Assembly: GCA_964035545.1 (NCBI GenBank)
Contig: OZ037770.1
Coordinates: forward strand, 5,714,729-5,778,728
Length of the DNA stretch: 64,000 nt
Direction of reading: 5' to 3'
Source of the DNA: Bugula neritina
Lineage: Eukaryota; Animalia; Bryozoa
A program made the translations under genes and the position numbers. Below, piece after piece: positions 40,794 to 54,845 of this stretch (its first letter is position 1; each line of letters opens with the position of its first letter). The notes under the pieces are model-generated. The model was not told the DNA's origin. It did no database searches and was given only the letters and a program-made list of their open reading frames with translations.

Positions 40794-41491
40794 GGGGTAA
40801 GGGGGGGGGGCACAACGGCCGATTTTTGAGTTTTTTGCTCTCATTCGTCTGTGTTTCAATTTACTGGTTTAATAAGCTTTAGTCTACCCGCTGCATCTGT
40901 TGTTTATAACAGGTATCGGTTCGTTGTTTCTATCTCTCTCACAACTTTCAGAATAATGCAAATTTCAAAACAAAAAATTTGGCCCATTGTGCCCAGTATA
41001 CTCGGGTACAATGGGTCACTGGGTGGGACACAACATATATTTTGAAACTTTTTTGATCTGGTTTCACCTGATCTTAATTCAATTATTATACACAAATAAA
41101 TAAAAATACTTTTTCAGATTTACAGCAAAATTCATGTTTTAGCTATACAGTTTGTATACCACCACAGTTTGCTATTATACTTGTTAAGTAATGCGCAGAC
41201 AAGCAGTGGCAACACTATCAGTGAAATCTAGGCTTGCTACTTTTGAGTGTAAGAACTTATAAAGCTTTAACTATTTCTTTAAAAAAGTTCAAAAAGTAGG
41301 TAAAAACCGTTTTTGACTCGCCTTTTCAACACATATGCTCTGCAAGTGTTGAAACTACAATGGCTAAAAATTATGTCAATACCTTTATAATAAAAAAAAT
41401 CACAACTCAAAGTCAATAAGTTCTCTCACAGTTTGACCAGCTTCTTGTACCTCTATGACTGTTGTGCCCCTCCACACCCACCCCTTACTCT
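40794..41491. mobile_element. Same MITE family, copy B, inverted relative to A and internally deleted
   Basis: GGGGTAAGGGG..CACAACGG left end, degenerate right end, TA flanks. Left part is the reverse complement of ~39760-40129; right part is the reverse complement of ~38803-39110. Confidence 0.8.
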
Positions 41492-41866
41492 TACATATAA
41501 TAAATAATTCGTTTATCTCTTAATTAAATATTTTCAATTATATTTCAACACAAATACTTAAAATTTTTCTTCAGAATTAAAATTGAAAATTAGTTATTGG
41601 AATAGTAAATTTTTTATGATAAAAACTGTGTCAGACTTTTTTAATCTCTTGTAAGAATTTTGTATGTTGTATACTAACTTGACTTGTTAGTTTGAACCAA
41701 TCAATTACATGTATTGCATTTCAATAGTTTCAGCTAATGCAAAATTGTCTTCAGAAAGATTTACTCTGATATGGAAGAGTGTTCAGTTTCTGGTGCTGCT
41801 GAATCTTATAGTGTAACATGTCATGGGGAGGCAACTCAGAAAACATTTCCAAAGCTTGAATTACCT

Positions 41867-42002
41867 CAATCAGATAGAGTTCTAAACAACTAAAAGCCTG
41901 TATTTGCTGGAATCATACTATGCAATAAATATTCAAATTACAAGGTTAAATTTAATTCAATCAGATATAAAGTTCTAAACAACTAAAAGCTTGTATTTGC
42001 TG
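41867..42002. repeat. Short direct duplication (~45 bp x2)
   Basis: TCAATCAGATA..GTTCTAAACAACTAAAAGC.TGTATTTGCTG at ~41867 and ~41957. Confidence 0.75.
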
Positions 42003-42720
42003 CAATGAGTATCTAGAGCTCATGCAGATTACAGTGATTGTATGTTATATATTTTTAGTCAAAATTTCAGATAAAACTAAAATTAACATTAGCAGCTGTT
42101 ATAAAGTATATAAAACCTGTTATTTATAATATAATGCTTTGTTTTCTCCTTGATTTACGTATATAAACTTCGCATGCAATATATATAATTTTCAGAGATC
42201 TAGTGATAGTTGCCTATCACAATGCAGTAATTGTTGTAGCAATATGTAATAATAGCAATTCATATAAGATACAACCAAAATGACAATCTCTCATTCACAA
42301 AAGGAAATGTAATAAACTAGTTCTATCTAAAAATAGATAATTATAAGCTGATTTTCTTTAAGTCACAATGCCGATAACAGTAAATCCAATTGAGAAACAG
42401 CATACAAAAATGTTCAATGAATGAGGAACTAGTGAAAACTAATATAGCTGTGTTTTGTGAAGGACAAATCAAAATTTCATGCGTAATTAATGACAGGTCA
42501 TGGCCAATAATGACTATATATAGTTGTGTTTGAACACTGAAAGACACCATAGGCCATGTAGTATATTATTTGTATTATTGTAATTACCATTATATTCTCC
42601 AGCTGTGTCTGTTACGATAATCGGCAATTTCCACTCAGTAGGTAAATTATATAATAACATATCACCTAACTCAAAATAATACTATGATAAATTTAAACAG
42701 TTCACTTAAATGAATATATT

Positions 42721-43073
42721 ATATGAATTCTTTTACTTAGTTTAGGACACACTGGATATCATCAGTCTTTAGCTATTCTTCACAATTTCTTAATTTTGCT
42801 TGTTTTCCCATGTTTTTTCTTATATATTCAGCTCATATGAAGTGCGGACCATTACAAAAAAACCGTAACAGTCCGCAACCAACAGCATCTGAATAATTAG
42901 GAAAAAACATGGGAAATGAAGCAAAATTAAAATGAACTTTAATTATTTAGGTATATTTATTGGTGTTTTACTAGTTTTGACCAAAAACCATGTCCAGTAG
43001 CAGCTAAACTGTGAAAAATAGCTGAAAACGGAAGATATTCAGTGTGTACTAAATTAAGTAAAATTACCCATAT
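42721..43073. mobile_element. Foldback/MITE-like inverted-repeat element
   Basis: Outer arms TTTTACTTAGTTTAGGACACACTGGATATC / GATATTCAGTGTGTACTAAATTAAGTAAAA; inner arms TAATTTTGCTT..TTCCCATGTTTTTTC / GAAAAAACATGGGAA..AAGCAAAATTA. Confidence 0.7.
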
Positions 43074-43080
43074 ATATATA

Positions 43081-43127
43081 TGCTGATGAGGGGACAAATC
43101 CCGAAACAGCTGCTGTCCACAGATTGA
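43081..43127 (+). ncRNA. Type-I hammerhead ribozyme, copy 1 (5' strand of helix I truncated)
   Basis: Intact core CUGAUGA..GAAA..GUC with predicted cut after 43117; only UG of the helix I 5' strand remains. Confidence 0.7.
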
Positions 43128-43341
43128 AATATTACGCTCTCATTTAATGCTCAGCAATGACATTGAATGATTGAGCACTCTCACCATGGTCACAAACTCA
43201 AGCTGCTAGCATTTTGCAATGCTCGTGACTCCTAGGTGACCCCTAAAGTCACTTGAGCACTCTGGCTTGAGCTTACACACCTTTTAAATTTGTTTCAGTA
43301 AAACTATAAGTTTTACTATTGCGAAGGTGTAGGCCATGGTA

Positions 43342-43399
43342 CTCTGTTCTGTGCTGATGAGGGGACAAATCCCGAAACAGCTGCTGTCCACAGATTGAG
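43342..43399 (+). ncRNA. Type-I hammerhead ribozyme, copy 2 (complete)
   Basis: Helix I UCUGUG(43348-53)/CACAGA(43389-94), extended by CUC/GAG past an internal loop; CUGAUGA 43354-60; helix II GGGG-ACAAA-UCCC; GAAA 43374-77; helix III ACAG-CUG-CUGU; GUC triplet with predicted cut after 43388. Confidence 0.9.
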
Positions 43400-43742
43400 A
43401 TGTATATATATATATATATATATATATAGTTTCACTAATCCTTGCTGTTTTTATATTTGGAAATCTATTTTTTTTGTAAACTCTGATTTATTTTTTATGC
43501 AAAAAAATTCAGTATAAATTTTGACTTGCTTAAGATATAAAATAAGATTATCTCCCTCAGTTTCAATAATTTACAATAACTGCCACTCTCTATTCTTTGT
43601 GTCATGCATAACGTCTAAAGTTTCGTAATAATTTTTGAATTTCATTCATTGCTACTCTGAAGATGGGTACAGTGGTACCCGAAATATCAGTGTAATTACT
43701 TTACCTAATAAAGTAATAAATCAACAATTTTTCTCGTATACC

Positions 43743-44049
<307 letters not shown>

Positions 44050-44215
44050 AATAAATATATTTATGAACACCATTTCAACATTGGGTTTCTCAATTTTTAC
44101 CAATAAAGTGACTATAAACTTTTATGAATACTGTTTGCCACTATAGAAATTTACATCTTTCAGCATTTATGTTATGGTAAACATTGAGGTTGTCAAAATA
44201 TGCATTTAGAGATGA

Positions 44216-44983
<768 letters not shown>

Positions 44984-47006
44984 ATAATACAGTATATGCA
45001 CCGTGATTTCAAACATACTAAAATATAGACTAAATAATAAGGAATGTTAGTTATGTAATTTGTTATTACAAAAAAAAAGAAAGCAAAACTTTTTGAATAA
45101 TTTAAGCAATGTGTCTAGGTATACGCGTTGAGTATTAGATTAGTAGTATTAAACTTTGCCGAAAGCATGAAAGCTTCCTAAAAAAATATCATTTTTTCTA
45201 AAAATTGGCTGACAACAAAAATTTCACATTATAGGATTTGCTGATAGTTTTGGAATGACTGTTAGAACTAAGCAGTACTGCAGTTTTAAATAACAAAGTT
45301 ATAAACACTAAACCTCAAACAATATTTGTTATGATAATTGTGTAATTAAATGACAATTGAGCAATGAAGTGTTTCCTTTTAAGCATTGTGTAATTTAAAT
45401 AACATCACAAGGTGAGATACCAGCATTGTTTATTTCAGTAGCTGAAAAGGTTTAATTTAAACCAAATGAGTGTTGTCAAATGATATTGAAACACTAACAA
45501 TGCTTATTTAGCAAATTAAATATCCTAAAATCAAGCACTTGACAATGGACTTATATGTACCTGGAAAACAAATAACCCAACATTGTTCCACTAAAATACA
45601 ATTATTATCAATAGTTTCGGATTATGTTTCTATACAAAATTAAATTCAAAAAACATAAACACATTTTGAAATTACTCTTATATATCAAAATAGGCAGGAA
45701 GTTCAAAATGTCAAGTATCATTTAAAAACTATCTACTTTATCTAGCAAAAGAGCTCAAGGTTTCACATAATGAAAAAAACTCATGCAAGTACATGTTTTA
45801 GTCTACTGATGTCTATTTAATTGGTGATTACAATTGGATTAGTGGTTATTATCTGAAAGTTATATTAATCAAGCACTGGAATTCATCAAACAATTGGAGT
45901 GACTATTTTTTTCAAAAGCAGAATATCAATTGATCAGCTAAAACGTCAGGAAAAAGTTTAGCTTCAAGTTTACATAAACTGCATGCGTAAATTATACAAC
46001 AGCTATATATTCTGGCAAGAAAACCTCTGATAGAAAGAGTATTGTTAGATCGGCTTAAAAATTAGTAACACAAGATAAATTAAGCAACAGACAAACATTT
46101 ATTATCTATACATATAAATATATTAGTTCACTTATGAATCTTTTGTTTGCATGACAAAACCTGTCTATTTTATACTGATATGTTTATTATATACATTTGA
46201 ACATAGGAATTTAGGCCGTTTATGACAACCAAAAACTTTCAAGTGAGTATCCGTGCGTCGGTGTTGCAAATATGGCTACATTGAGGTTTTACAGAACTTT
46301 TAGCTAAACATAAACCACTTGTATGAGCTAATGTGTGTTTCTGATTGTTTGCATGCACTTAAAGCCTTTACTTTTATCTGTTCACATATTTTTATATTTG
46401 TAAGTTTGGTTGTAGTTATGCAAGTGCCACACTCTTTGTATTATACACAATTTTTTTATCCTAATGCCTAATATAAGTGAAATTGAATGCAAATTAAAAA
46501 TAACAATATCATTGCTCCATACAGTTTTAATTATGGTATTATTGTTAACAAAAAGTAAACAGCTATTGTTTAAACGTCTCTTTTCAACAACAATATAATT
46601 AATTGCTAAAAAACAACTAAACAGTGGCTTGATTGTTGACATTGAATTAAACAATCGAAACAATGCTTTAGTTAAAAGAGATAGTATCTCAGAATGAACA
46701 ATTGAGAAGGCATGTTGCATAAGCATTACAGCATTCTATATACTAACTAGAGGTAACCTTCCTAAATTAACTTTTAAATTATTATACTCAGGTTTATTAC
46801 GAGACATTCTGTATTATGTATTATAGTTTTTATGTTTGCCATGCAAGTTATATATTAAACGCGACTTATGACATGCTTCTTTATTGCACTTTCTGATTTA
46901 ACAGCTAGTATAATATTTTAGTAGCTATATTATCTAAAAGTTTTATATAGTAATCTGTGATTAGGTGCCCAAAACTTCTGGTGCAGTTTTTTAATTAAAT
47001 CTGTGC

Positions 47007-47071
47007 ATGTGTGCGTGTGTGTGCGTGTGTGTGCGTGTGTGCGTGTGTGGGTGTGTAGGTGTGTGTGTGTT
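47007..47071. repeat. Imperfect (GT)n microsatellite
   Basis: Direct reading. Confidence 0.8.
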
Positions 47072-47719
47072 TGTTCGTGTGTATAATTATATTGCAACTG
47101 CTTTTTATTTATTTTTTTTTTGCAAAGCAACTTTTATATAATTGCCTTCTGTCATCCATTTACTTTTAAATAAACAAAGCAAATAATTTTTGTTTTACAT
47201 CACAAATTTGTAAATTTTAAAATTTTTGACGCAAGTAATCCAACAGCTTGATCAAAATATTTGATAATAATATTCTATTCTACTATGTACATACAAGGAA
47301 TATCCGCATATTTCTAAACTGCACATCTTGAACTCGAATTTTCTTCTATAATAATTTATTTATTTTTACGAAGTACAGAAAATGATAGGCTTCCATGAAT
47401 TAGCTTCTATCACTATATGTATATAATAAAAAATGTGCTTCAAACAACATAACATCTGCATTGATACGTACAGCAAAATATATATCTCACCTAGGCAACA
47501 AGCTTATTTGATACTGTTAGAGTAAAAAGAGGATATGCTGGTTCGAATGATTGGCTGAGCTTTGACAGAGAGCGTTTCATTTGTCCTTTCTATTATTGAT
47601 TACTTTATATATTTTTGTAATATGTTGAATATTGCCCATTCTTCTAAGGTTTATAACTTGAGAGGATCTAACCATATTGTGAGAAACAGACATCAGAAAC
47701 ATTTTCTAGCCTTGGCAAA

Positions 47720-50063
47720 ATGATTGGCGTTCAACATATTTTAGTATTTGGATTGACTTTATTCCTTTACACTGTTTCTGGAGAACTGTCAAGTAAGCTT
47801 CAAAATTTGATATTTAAAATATCCTACTTAGAAAAATAATAGATTCTTAATAAGTGTTGTAATATAATTGTATAAGATTTACTAGTATACTACAGTCATA
47901 CTACATCAGGTTAAGTTAGCTTACAAAACATACACCGAATAATTTTATTTAACACGCTTGTTCTATAATAGTATAAATTTTAAGACAATTACTTTGACTG
48001 AGAGTTTTTGCTGACAAACAGACGTTATATTATAACAATATTTACATTTTTTTTCGGTTTTGAAAGTAACATTTAATTTAAATCAGCTAAAGTTAGTAAC
48101 ACGACATTCCGCAGATCATACACATCGCACTGTTAAGGCAATCTTGATAGAATTTAACATTTTTATATCACTTTAAATCACCGTAGTGAATCCATGTGAC
48201 ACATAAAAAACATTCTTGCCAAAAAGAACTCTACCAAAGTAATTGCAGCATAAAACTTTAAACACAAAAAATCTGATATAGAAATACCGGTTATAAGCTT
48301 AGTGTCTTCTTGGTGTGTTTTGCTATAGGTACTGAACCAAAAAAGAATGCCACTCTGAAGGAAATTTTCATGACCGTCACAGTTCCTCCCCATGTATTTA
48401 AAGTGCTTCACGGCAAAAAGCAAGATGATAAACTAATAAACCCCAAGTTGAATCAATCTACAACTTCAAAAAGTTTCCAAAACTTTTGGGTAACACCTTC
48501 TTCTCATTCTACAAAATTTTCGATCCGCACTTTTGCTAATGAGTTCAAGACCTCTTCAAAATATGAAATCGTGACAAGCTCCCTAACTACTCCCGTAGCA
48601 AATGAAACACTAAAAAACACAACAGTAAGTTATGACAGACAAAAAGATCATGCAAAAACTAAACTTCAACGTTTGTCAACTTATCATCCTGGAAAGAAGA
48701 CAACTACAACAGAGAGTTTCTTTAGCAATTTAGCAACAACTGCTACCAAGAGACACAGCACCGTAACTTCTGAAGTCCAACTTCAGGCTACAAAAAGTGA
48801 CAATAAAAATAGTTCACAAACCTCTACTCCATGGAATGTGAACTTTATACACCCATTTTTTCCTTTTGGGCCGTATCCACTCCGTCCAACCACAACTGTG
48901 ATCAACAAAGTTGAAAAAACAACTTCTTTCTCACTTGTGAAAAAAATGAAATCCACCAGATCACCTGTCAGTTCTCCGAAAGATGACTCACAAAGTGGTA
49001 ACACAACTACTCCCTATAACAGCTCTAGCCAGGTTAAAACACCAGTCAGCCTGAGAATTCGGATGTCCATTCAAGTCTATCAGCTGGACAGTCTACAAAG
49101 AATGGAAACAGAAAATAATAAAACAAATACTTACAAGTATGCGATTTTTTAGCTGTTTCTGAATAACTAAAACTTGAAACACAAACTCATTCACAGTTTT
49201 ATTTCAACATAATTACCTAAAAAAATGATTTGCCTTGAAATTTTTTCAATATGGTTTTTTAAACCTGCGTGCTAGATTGTATGCTTAAGATGTGCAATAA
49301 CAAACCAGATATAACTTATATTAAATAACATAGTAGCACGCTACTATGTTATTTAATATAAGTAGTAGCGAATGTTTGAGCTTGGCTGCAATGTTAATTT
49401 AAAATCTTATTAGGTTCAATAATACTAAAGCATTGAAATAGTAATTCTCTATCCCTCATCCAGACTTTTATTTTTTTGTGATCCACTCTATAATGATTCA
49501 CTTACAGCTATAGTAAACTCATTAAAGCATTTTTGTATGTTTTCAGCTTATAAAAGTCATTGTATGATATTAGTATCGTGCATAATATTTTCATACATAC
49601 ATAACATATATAGAGGAAACATTTTTCAACTAGGCTTTAGCTCAGTTTTGCCAATCGAATTTTAGTTTTTTTTTACAAAAGTAAATTTAATAATTAACAT
49701 TATAATATATGCTCTATATTTGTCAATAATTTGCTTAAGCTGAAATAGTTTTTTGTAATTCAGAGTTGCCCTCTAACTATTTTTTGATGGTATATTTAGG
49801 AATGAAGAGCCTGCAAGAAGTTTGCTTCAACTCTCTCGGAAAATTGTGATGAACTTCGTAAGTAATGCATTGTTTAAACTAATAGAAATAATTTATTTGG
49901 TATCTACAGTGGCATTGATCTAATTACATTGTTGCTGCACTTTAGATAAAATTATATCATTACATATTATGTCCTTTCAACTGATTGTTGCTATTTATAG
50001 CTTCAAGATTATATAAATAAGGCACAGAGGTTGATGAAACCTTTACTGGAGTTGGTTGAATAA
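47720..50063 (+). CDS. Secreted Ser/Thr-rich mucin-like protein, ~333 aa; exons 47720-47792, 48329-49136, 49800-49857, 50001-50063
   Basis: Signal exon MIGVQHILVFGLTLFLYTVSGELS with GTAAGC donor joins in phase to the 280-aa S/T/K-rich ORF. The two small 3' exons are in phase (KNEEPARSLLQLSRKIVMNF-LQDYINKAQRLMKPLLELVE*) but less certain. Confidence 0.65.
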
Positions 50064-51072
50064 CTTTTTCAAAAGAAGGAACTTGGCACACACTGGGTGA
50101 CAACGTCTGTCTGGACCAGCAGTTTTTCTATATTCAATCTATAACGTATTTATGAGCAAAAATGATAAAATCATGCGCACTGAATGTATACAAAAAAATT
50201 GGATTGTGATTTTTATTTCTACTCTAATAAAAAACTGTTTTACAAATTTTTGGAAACGCATAAATCTTTACTGCATTAAAAATTTAACTTATTTTATCTA
50301 TATGTTGCACCTTTCACAACACACACTCAAGTGAGATAATGAAATACTTCCAAGTTTGCTTTCAAAGATATTTTAAAGAGCATAATTATTTACCTTTCGC
50401 AAATGCAATTATTTTCTGCATTTAGACTAATTGTTAAAACAAAATGATATATTGTGTTTGAGCAACACATGCACTCATCTCAATATCACAAATAGTTCTG
50501 GCTGTATCATTTTTGTGCATTCTTCAATACTTTTGCCAAAAAACTACATGCAGCAACAAATGCATATATATTATTTTAAAATGTCAAGCATTTATATTAT
50601 TACGACCTGCATTTGCAAAGAATTTTATGAATTGAGTTTTATGAAATTGTTTAACTATTTTGGGGATGTGTGACAGGACTTGGATTAATGCGCCCTAAAC
50701 ATATTTAACAAATAAGTATGCTGTGTATAACAACTAGCATAACTTATTGAATTTTTCGTAGCTATTTTAGCGGATATACAAGTTTAACTTTAGGATGAAA
50801 ATATGTACTTCTAAAATGAGGCTTTTTATAGGGTAAAATGTAGCCAAAAGCTCCACTACTTGATCTAAAACCATGATACTTATCATTCAGAACAGGAATG
50901 TCATTTAAAGCAAACGTAGCATGTGCTTTAACATCTTATATCAAAGGAAATGCACTTATTTCCACAACATTGACTATAACGCAATCTATATTTGTGACTA
51001 TCAACTGCGGATTGTTCAATGTTTTGTGTATGAACTTTTATATTAAATACATATCCTGCCTAAAACTAAAAT

Positions 51073-51350
51073 TAAATCAGCAAATGTTGAGTTAGAGAGA
51101 GATGCCATCTTATTTATGTTAAATATTGAGATAAAATAAGTAAAGTTGTAGTTGGTAATATATAGAAGAAGATACAAAGGACTAAACTATCTTAACATTC
51201 CCTGTGTGACCTAAATTAGGTGAACTGACCTACATGTATATAATGTTGAGTTGGAGACTGATGCCATCTTATTTATGTTAAATATTCGGATAAGATTAGT
51301 TGTAATTGAAAAAACTGTTGTATGTTATATAAATAGAAGAAGAGAAAGAA
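51073..51350. repeat. Degenerate direct duplication (~170-bp spacing)
   Basis: AATGTTGAGTT.GAGA..GATGCCATCTTATTTATGTTAAATATT..ATAGAAGAAGA occurs at ~51073 and ~51242. Confidence 0.7.
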
Positions 51351-51717
51351 CAAGAAAAGTATTGCAAGTAATACTTTCAAATAATAATAAATTTGTACAA
51401 AAAGAAAACATTTACTAGTATATGCTCAACGCAGTCTATTTTAGGGGCTCTCCTAAGATCAATCATAGCTCAATTTTAACCATTTTGATATTATGAGTGT
51501 TTTTAGTGTCATTGTTTTTCTGTTACATATAATTACCAGCTTTTATAAAAAAAGGTAATTTTTGATAAATATATAACTTCATATAAATTATTAAACCAAG
51601 ATAGTTTTTTAAAAACTTATAACACATGGTGTATGCAGCGAATTAGCCGTCACATAGAATACCCAAACAATAAGCTCTGTTATTTCTAGTTGACAAAGTT
51701 GGCTAAAACGAGACTAT

Positions 51718-52154
51718 TGCAGTAGTTTTGTGGGTGAAACGCAGTTTAAGTGAAAACATAACTTCAATATAGAAGAAACAAAATGAAGCAGTAAGCTTGA
51801 GTGTAGAATTTTTTATTGCTGTAGAGGCAGCAAGTAAAAGTGGTCTTTATTCGGCGAGTTCCAGCAGTAGACTGATTTTATTCTGTGAGCTCGCCTCTAT
51901 TTATCCAAAGAAAAGTCTTTGTTCTCATCCTGTCTGAGACTCAGAGCCCGAATATTGAAACTCCTTTCAATGCCGGACTGTGAGATTGGAATTTATTTTG
52001 ATCTTTGGACTACGATATCGGAATTTGTTCCGACTTTTGGACAGGATCGAATTACATACTCGCAGCCTATTAAAATAAAAAACGAAGAAAAAACAAACTA
52101 TTAGGGAAAAAAACTCTTACATATCATACATTATTGTTACGAATTTCCACTGCA
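51718..52154 (-). mobile_element. Solo LTR (Gypsy family)
   Basis: Minus strand reads TGCAGTGGAAATT..GAGCTCACAGAATAAAATCAGTCTAC..CCCACAAAACTACTGCA, homologous to 61166-61550; perfect TSD CTAT at 51714-17 and 52155-58. Confidence 0.85.
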
Positions 52155-53267
52155 CTATTCTCTTTCCCCTGTAATTTGGTTTAAATATAACAAATCTGAA
52201 AATGCCATTATGTATAAAAATATAGACAGTTTGCCATAGAATTTAATGTCATAGCATGCATGTTCACAGATTCTTCCAATATCTGAAGTGTAGATAATTC
52301 TAGAAAGCCTCCAAAGTGTTTTGTGTTGTTGAGCATCTGAAAGATTTTTGGATGCTGGTTGCAGGGTAGTTCACTGTTTCTCTCTGTTACCGGTTTCCAT
52401 GAATGGCTACAGAAAACTGTTGTAACTGTGAAATTATGAATGTAAACTTAGTTACCTACTTTTGTATTAAACGAAATCTTCTGAAATTTAAAAGGGAACA
52501 GATGTGACGTCAAAGCTAAGATGATCATATCACTGCTCAGGGCTGTTCTAGTTTCTAAAACTAAACCTTTGACTATTCTGTCTCATGATCAACAAGTCTC
52601 TTTCACATAGCTCATGTGCTAGATTTTTAGAAGCTTTCTTACTGACTACAGAAAAAGTTTTGTTGGCCGGCCAATAGACTGCCAGCTATTCATTCACATA
52701 AAGCCAAATGTTGTATTTCAAAAGACATGCTGAAGCCTAAACAAAATATAAATATTTTATGTTGCTGTTATTGAATTATAAGTGCCATAAAATTATGATT
52801 TTTTTTATCAAGAAGAACTTTCCAATGAGTGCAAATTGTTTGAAAGCAAATATTGTTTGAGATATAACAGGTAGGGGCTGTGAAAAGTATACCTGGAACA
52901 GAAGTGGTTGTATTATATTATAAAAGTTCCAGGAGACGATAACGCCATTAGCGATGCCGCAATTCCATGCGGAACCGTACTACACCGTACGGTGGCACCG
53001 CCGAAACCCCTACCGGCCAATTAGAGTTAACCCTTCAGATATAAGCAGCGCCTTCAGGCGCTTGACCTTACTGGAATAATATTGTGTAGCTGTTCTATAT
53101 GTGTATTCTTTTGTAATTTTTTATTCGCCGAGACCGCCGTCAGGCGATCCAAGAGTAATTCACCATCAGTCAGCTTAAAGAAGATGCTATCCTCAGACTG
53201 CTTTTCTTGTTGAAAAACAAATGCCATATTTACGTCATCATGTTGGCGGTGGTTATATCTAGGCAAG

Positions 53268-54494
53268 AGCTCACTTTTGTCTACAGATTAATCGTTCGCT
53301 CGTGGGGGTTGTTTAAGTAGGGCAAAACGACATGATACCTGGGCGCTCCCGCGCCACAATTCACTGCAGGGTGAATTGTGGGTAAATCTTGGGACTGGAA
53401 GTAGTAGAGTGTGGCCAGAAAAGAATCCAACTGACAAATAGCCTAAACCGGTTGTACATGCAAAGGGAGATTTTAGTTCAGTGCGTAAACTCTTTTAAGG
53501 AGCCGGCAGCGCCGCCTTCTTGATTCATGAATTGTAAATTTCACTCCATATAGAATAATATGTGGGGGCCATCGTTGAGCGAGACAATGGGGCACTCCAG
53601 GCAATGCCTTATTGGCGGTCTGGCACTGGTTCCAAACCAAGTAAGAGAATTTATCAAGAGCGCCTGCCATTGCTGCACGAATGACCGAGAATGCCTGATT
53701 TTGGCGCAATTACTTCGTAAGTACAAAGACATGTTAAACAGTGGGAGTTATGACGTTGGTCTGACTAACGCTGTTCATCATGAGATTTCCCTAGCAGCGG
53801 AGACGGTACCAATCTAACAACCTACTTATAGGTTTAGATCGGAAAAGAGGTGAGCTGACAAATTCCCGATTTTCTGAACCGTGACCTAATAGAGCCAGCA
53901 CATAGTGCGTAGAGCTCGTCGGTCGATATCGTTCAGAAGGACGAGAGTTGGCATTTCTGTGTGAATAACCATAAATTGAATATAGTGTGACCAAACAAGA
54001 CGCATTCCTTCTTCCCCAAAGATATGAGTCATTAGACACCTTGGCCGGTAGCAATTACTTCAGTCTGTTAGACTTGCTTAGCGGTGCTGTCAGGTCTTTC
54101 TGGGTCCTGATGCCCAAAACAAGACTGCATTCATATTGCAAGACGGGCTCTGGAAATGAAGAGTGTTGCCATTCGTGTTGACCTCAGGCATGGCCACTCC
54201 CAGGCTCATGAAGCAGTTTCTCACTGAGCTCTACCGGAAAGCTTTGCTCATCTACCTAAATGACTTCATCATGATCTCTTCACACTTCACGACTCATGTC
54301 AGTTGTCTGTGGGAGGTTTTCGCTACATTCAGAGGTACTGGTCTGAAACTGAAGTTTTCTTAGTTACAGTCCGAGGTCAAAAAAGTACGAGCAGTGAAAA
54401 AATGGGGCACCCCCTATAACATGAGCAGACTACAAGCTTTATTGGCGTTTGTAGGGCATTATCCGCAGTATATACCTGACTTTGCCGGAATATC
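53268..54494 (+). pseudogene. Old Gypsy pol fragment (post-protease region through RT)
   Basis: Degenerate homology to elements 1 and 2: DVGLTNAVHHEISLA, QDAFLLP..LDTLAGSNYFSLLDLLSG, LIYLNDF, GLKLK. No LTRs seen. Confidence 0.85.
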
Positions 54495-54663
54495 AGAGCA
54501 TATTATATGCGGTGTTTGAACACCTTCCATTATCCCATTGCATACGTAGCCCACTCTGACAGAAAATAAGACATGCAGTTTTGATGGCCTCCATCATTGT
54601 TTGGTTTATTATCATACCAATCAGCAACCACTATGTCTTTTCTAATGTCACCATCCCATTGCC
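54495..54663 (-). pseudogene. Inverted C-type lectin exon fragment
   Basis: Minus strand reads QWDGDIRKDIVVADWYDNKPNNDGGHQNC, then after a frameshift MQWDNGRCSNTAY; paralogous to 55564-55730. Confidence 0.8.
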
Positions 54664-54845
54664 TCTACTTTTTAAAGCATTCTTGAGATTCGACTTGATC
54701 TTAGCATCTTTCATTTTTCCTGTCTCCTTGAGTATTGAAGTTGGCAATCTTGCTAGATCATGGGCTATTGAAAAGTATGTGTCAAAGTTCTTGGAATGCT
54801 TGAGCCCAATGGTTCGGAGGCATATAGGACTTCAGAATATTCTAG

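Larger units (their letters stand above)
43081..43400 (+). mobile_element. Retrozyme-like (or Penelope pLTR-derived) element with two tandem hammerhead ribozymes, 271-nt repeat unit, inserted in (TA)n
   Basis: TGCTGATGAGGGGACAAATCCCGAAACAGCTGCTGTCCACAGATTGA occurs at 43081 and 43352; TA tracts on both sides; no ORF. Confidence 0.85.

Noticed and set aside
40277-41893. Possible plus-strand exons near 40277-40343 and 41755-41893
   Set aside because: Splice-like signals but short peptides, ambiguous frame and no recognisable homology.
54581-54845. Hydrophobic N-terminus of ORF 54581-55027 as a TM anchor of a type-II lectin
   Set aside because: It reads through the inverted lectin fragment and intron-like sequence; a proper acceptor lies at 54845.
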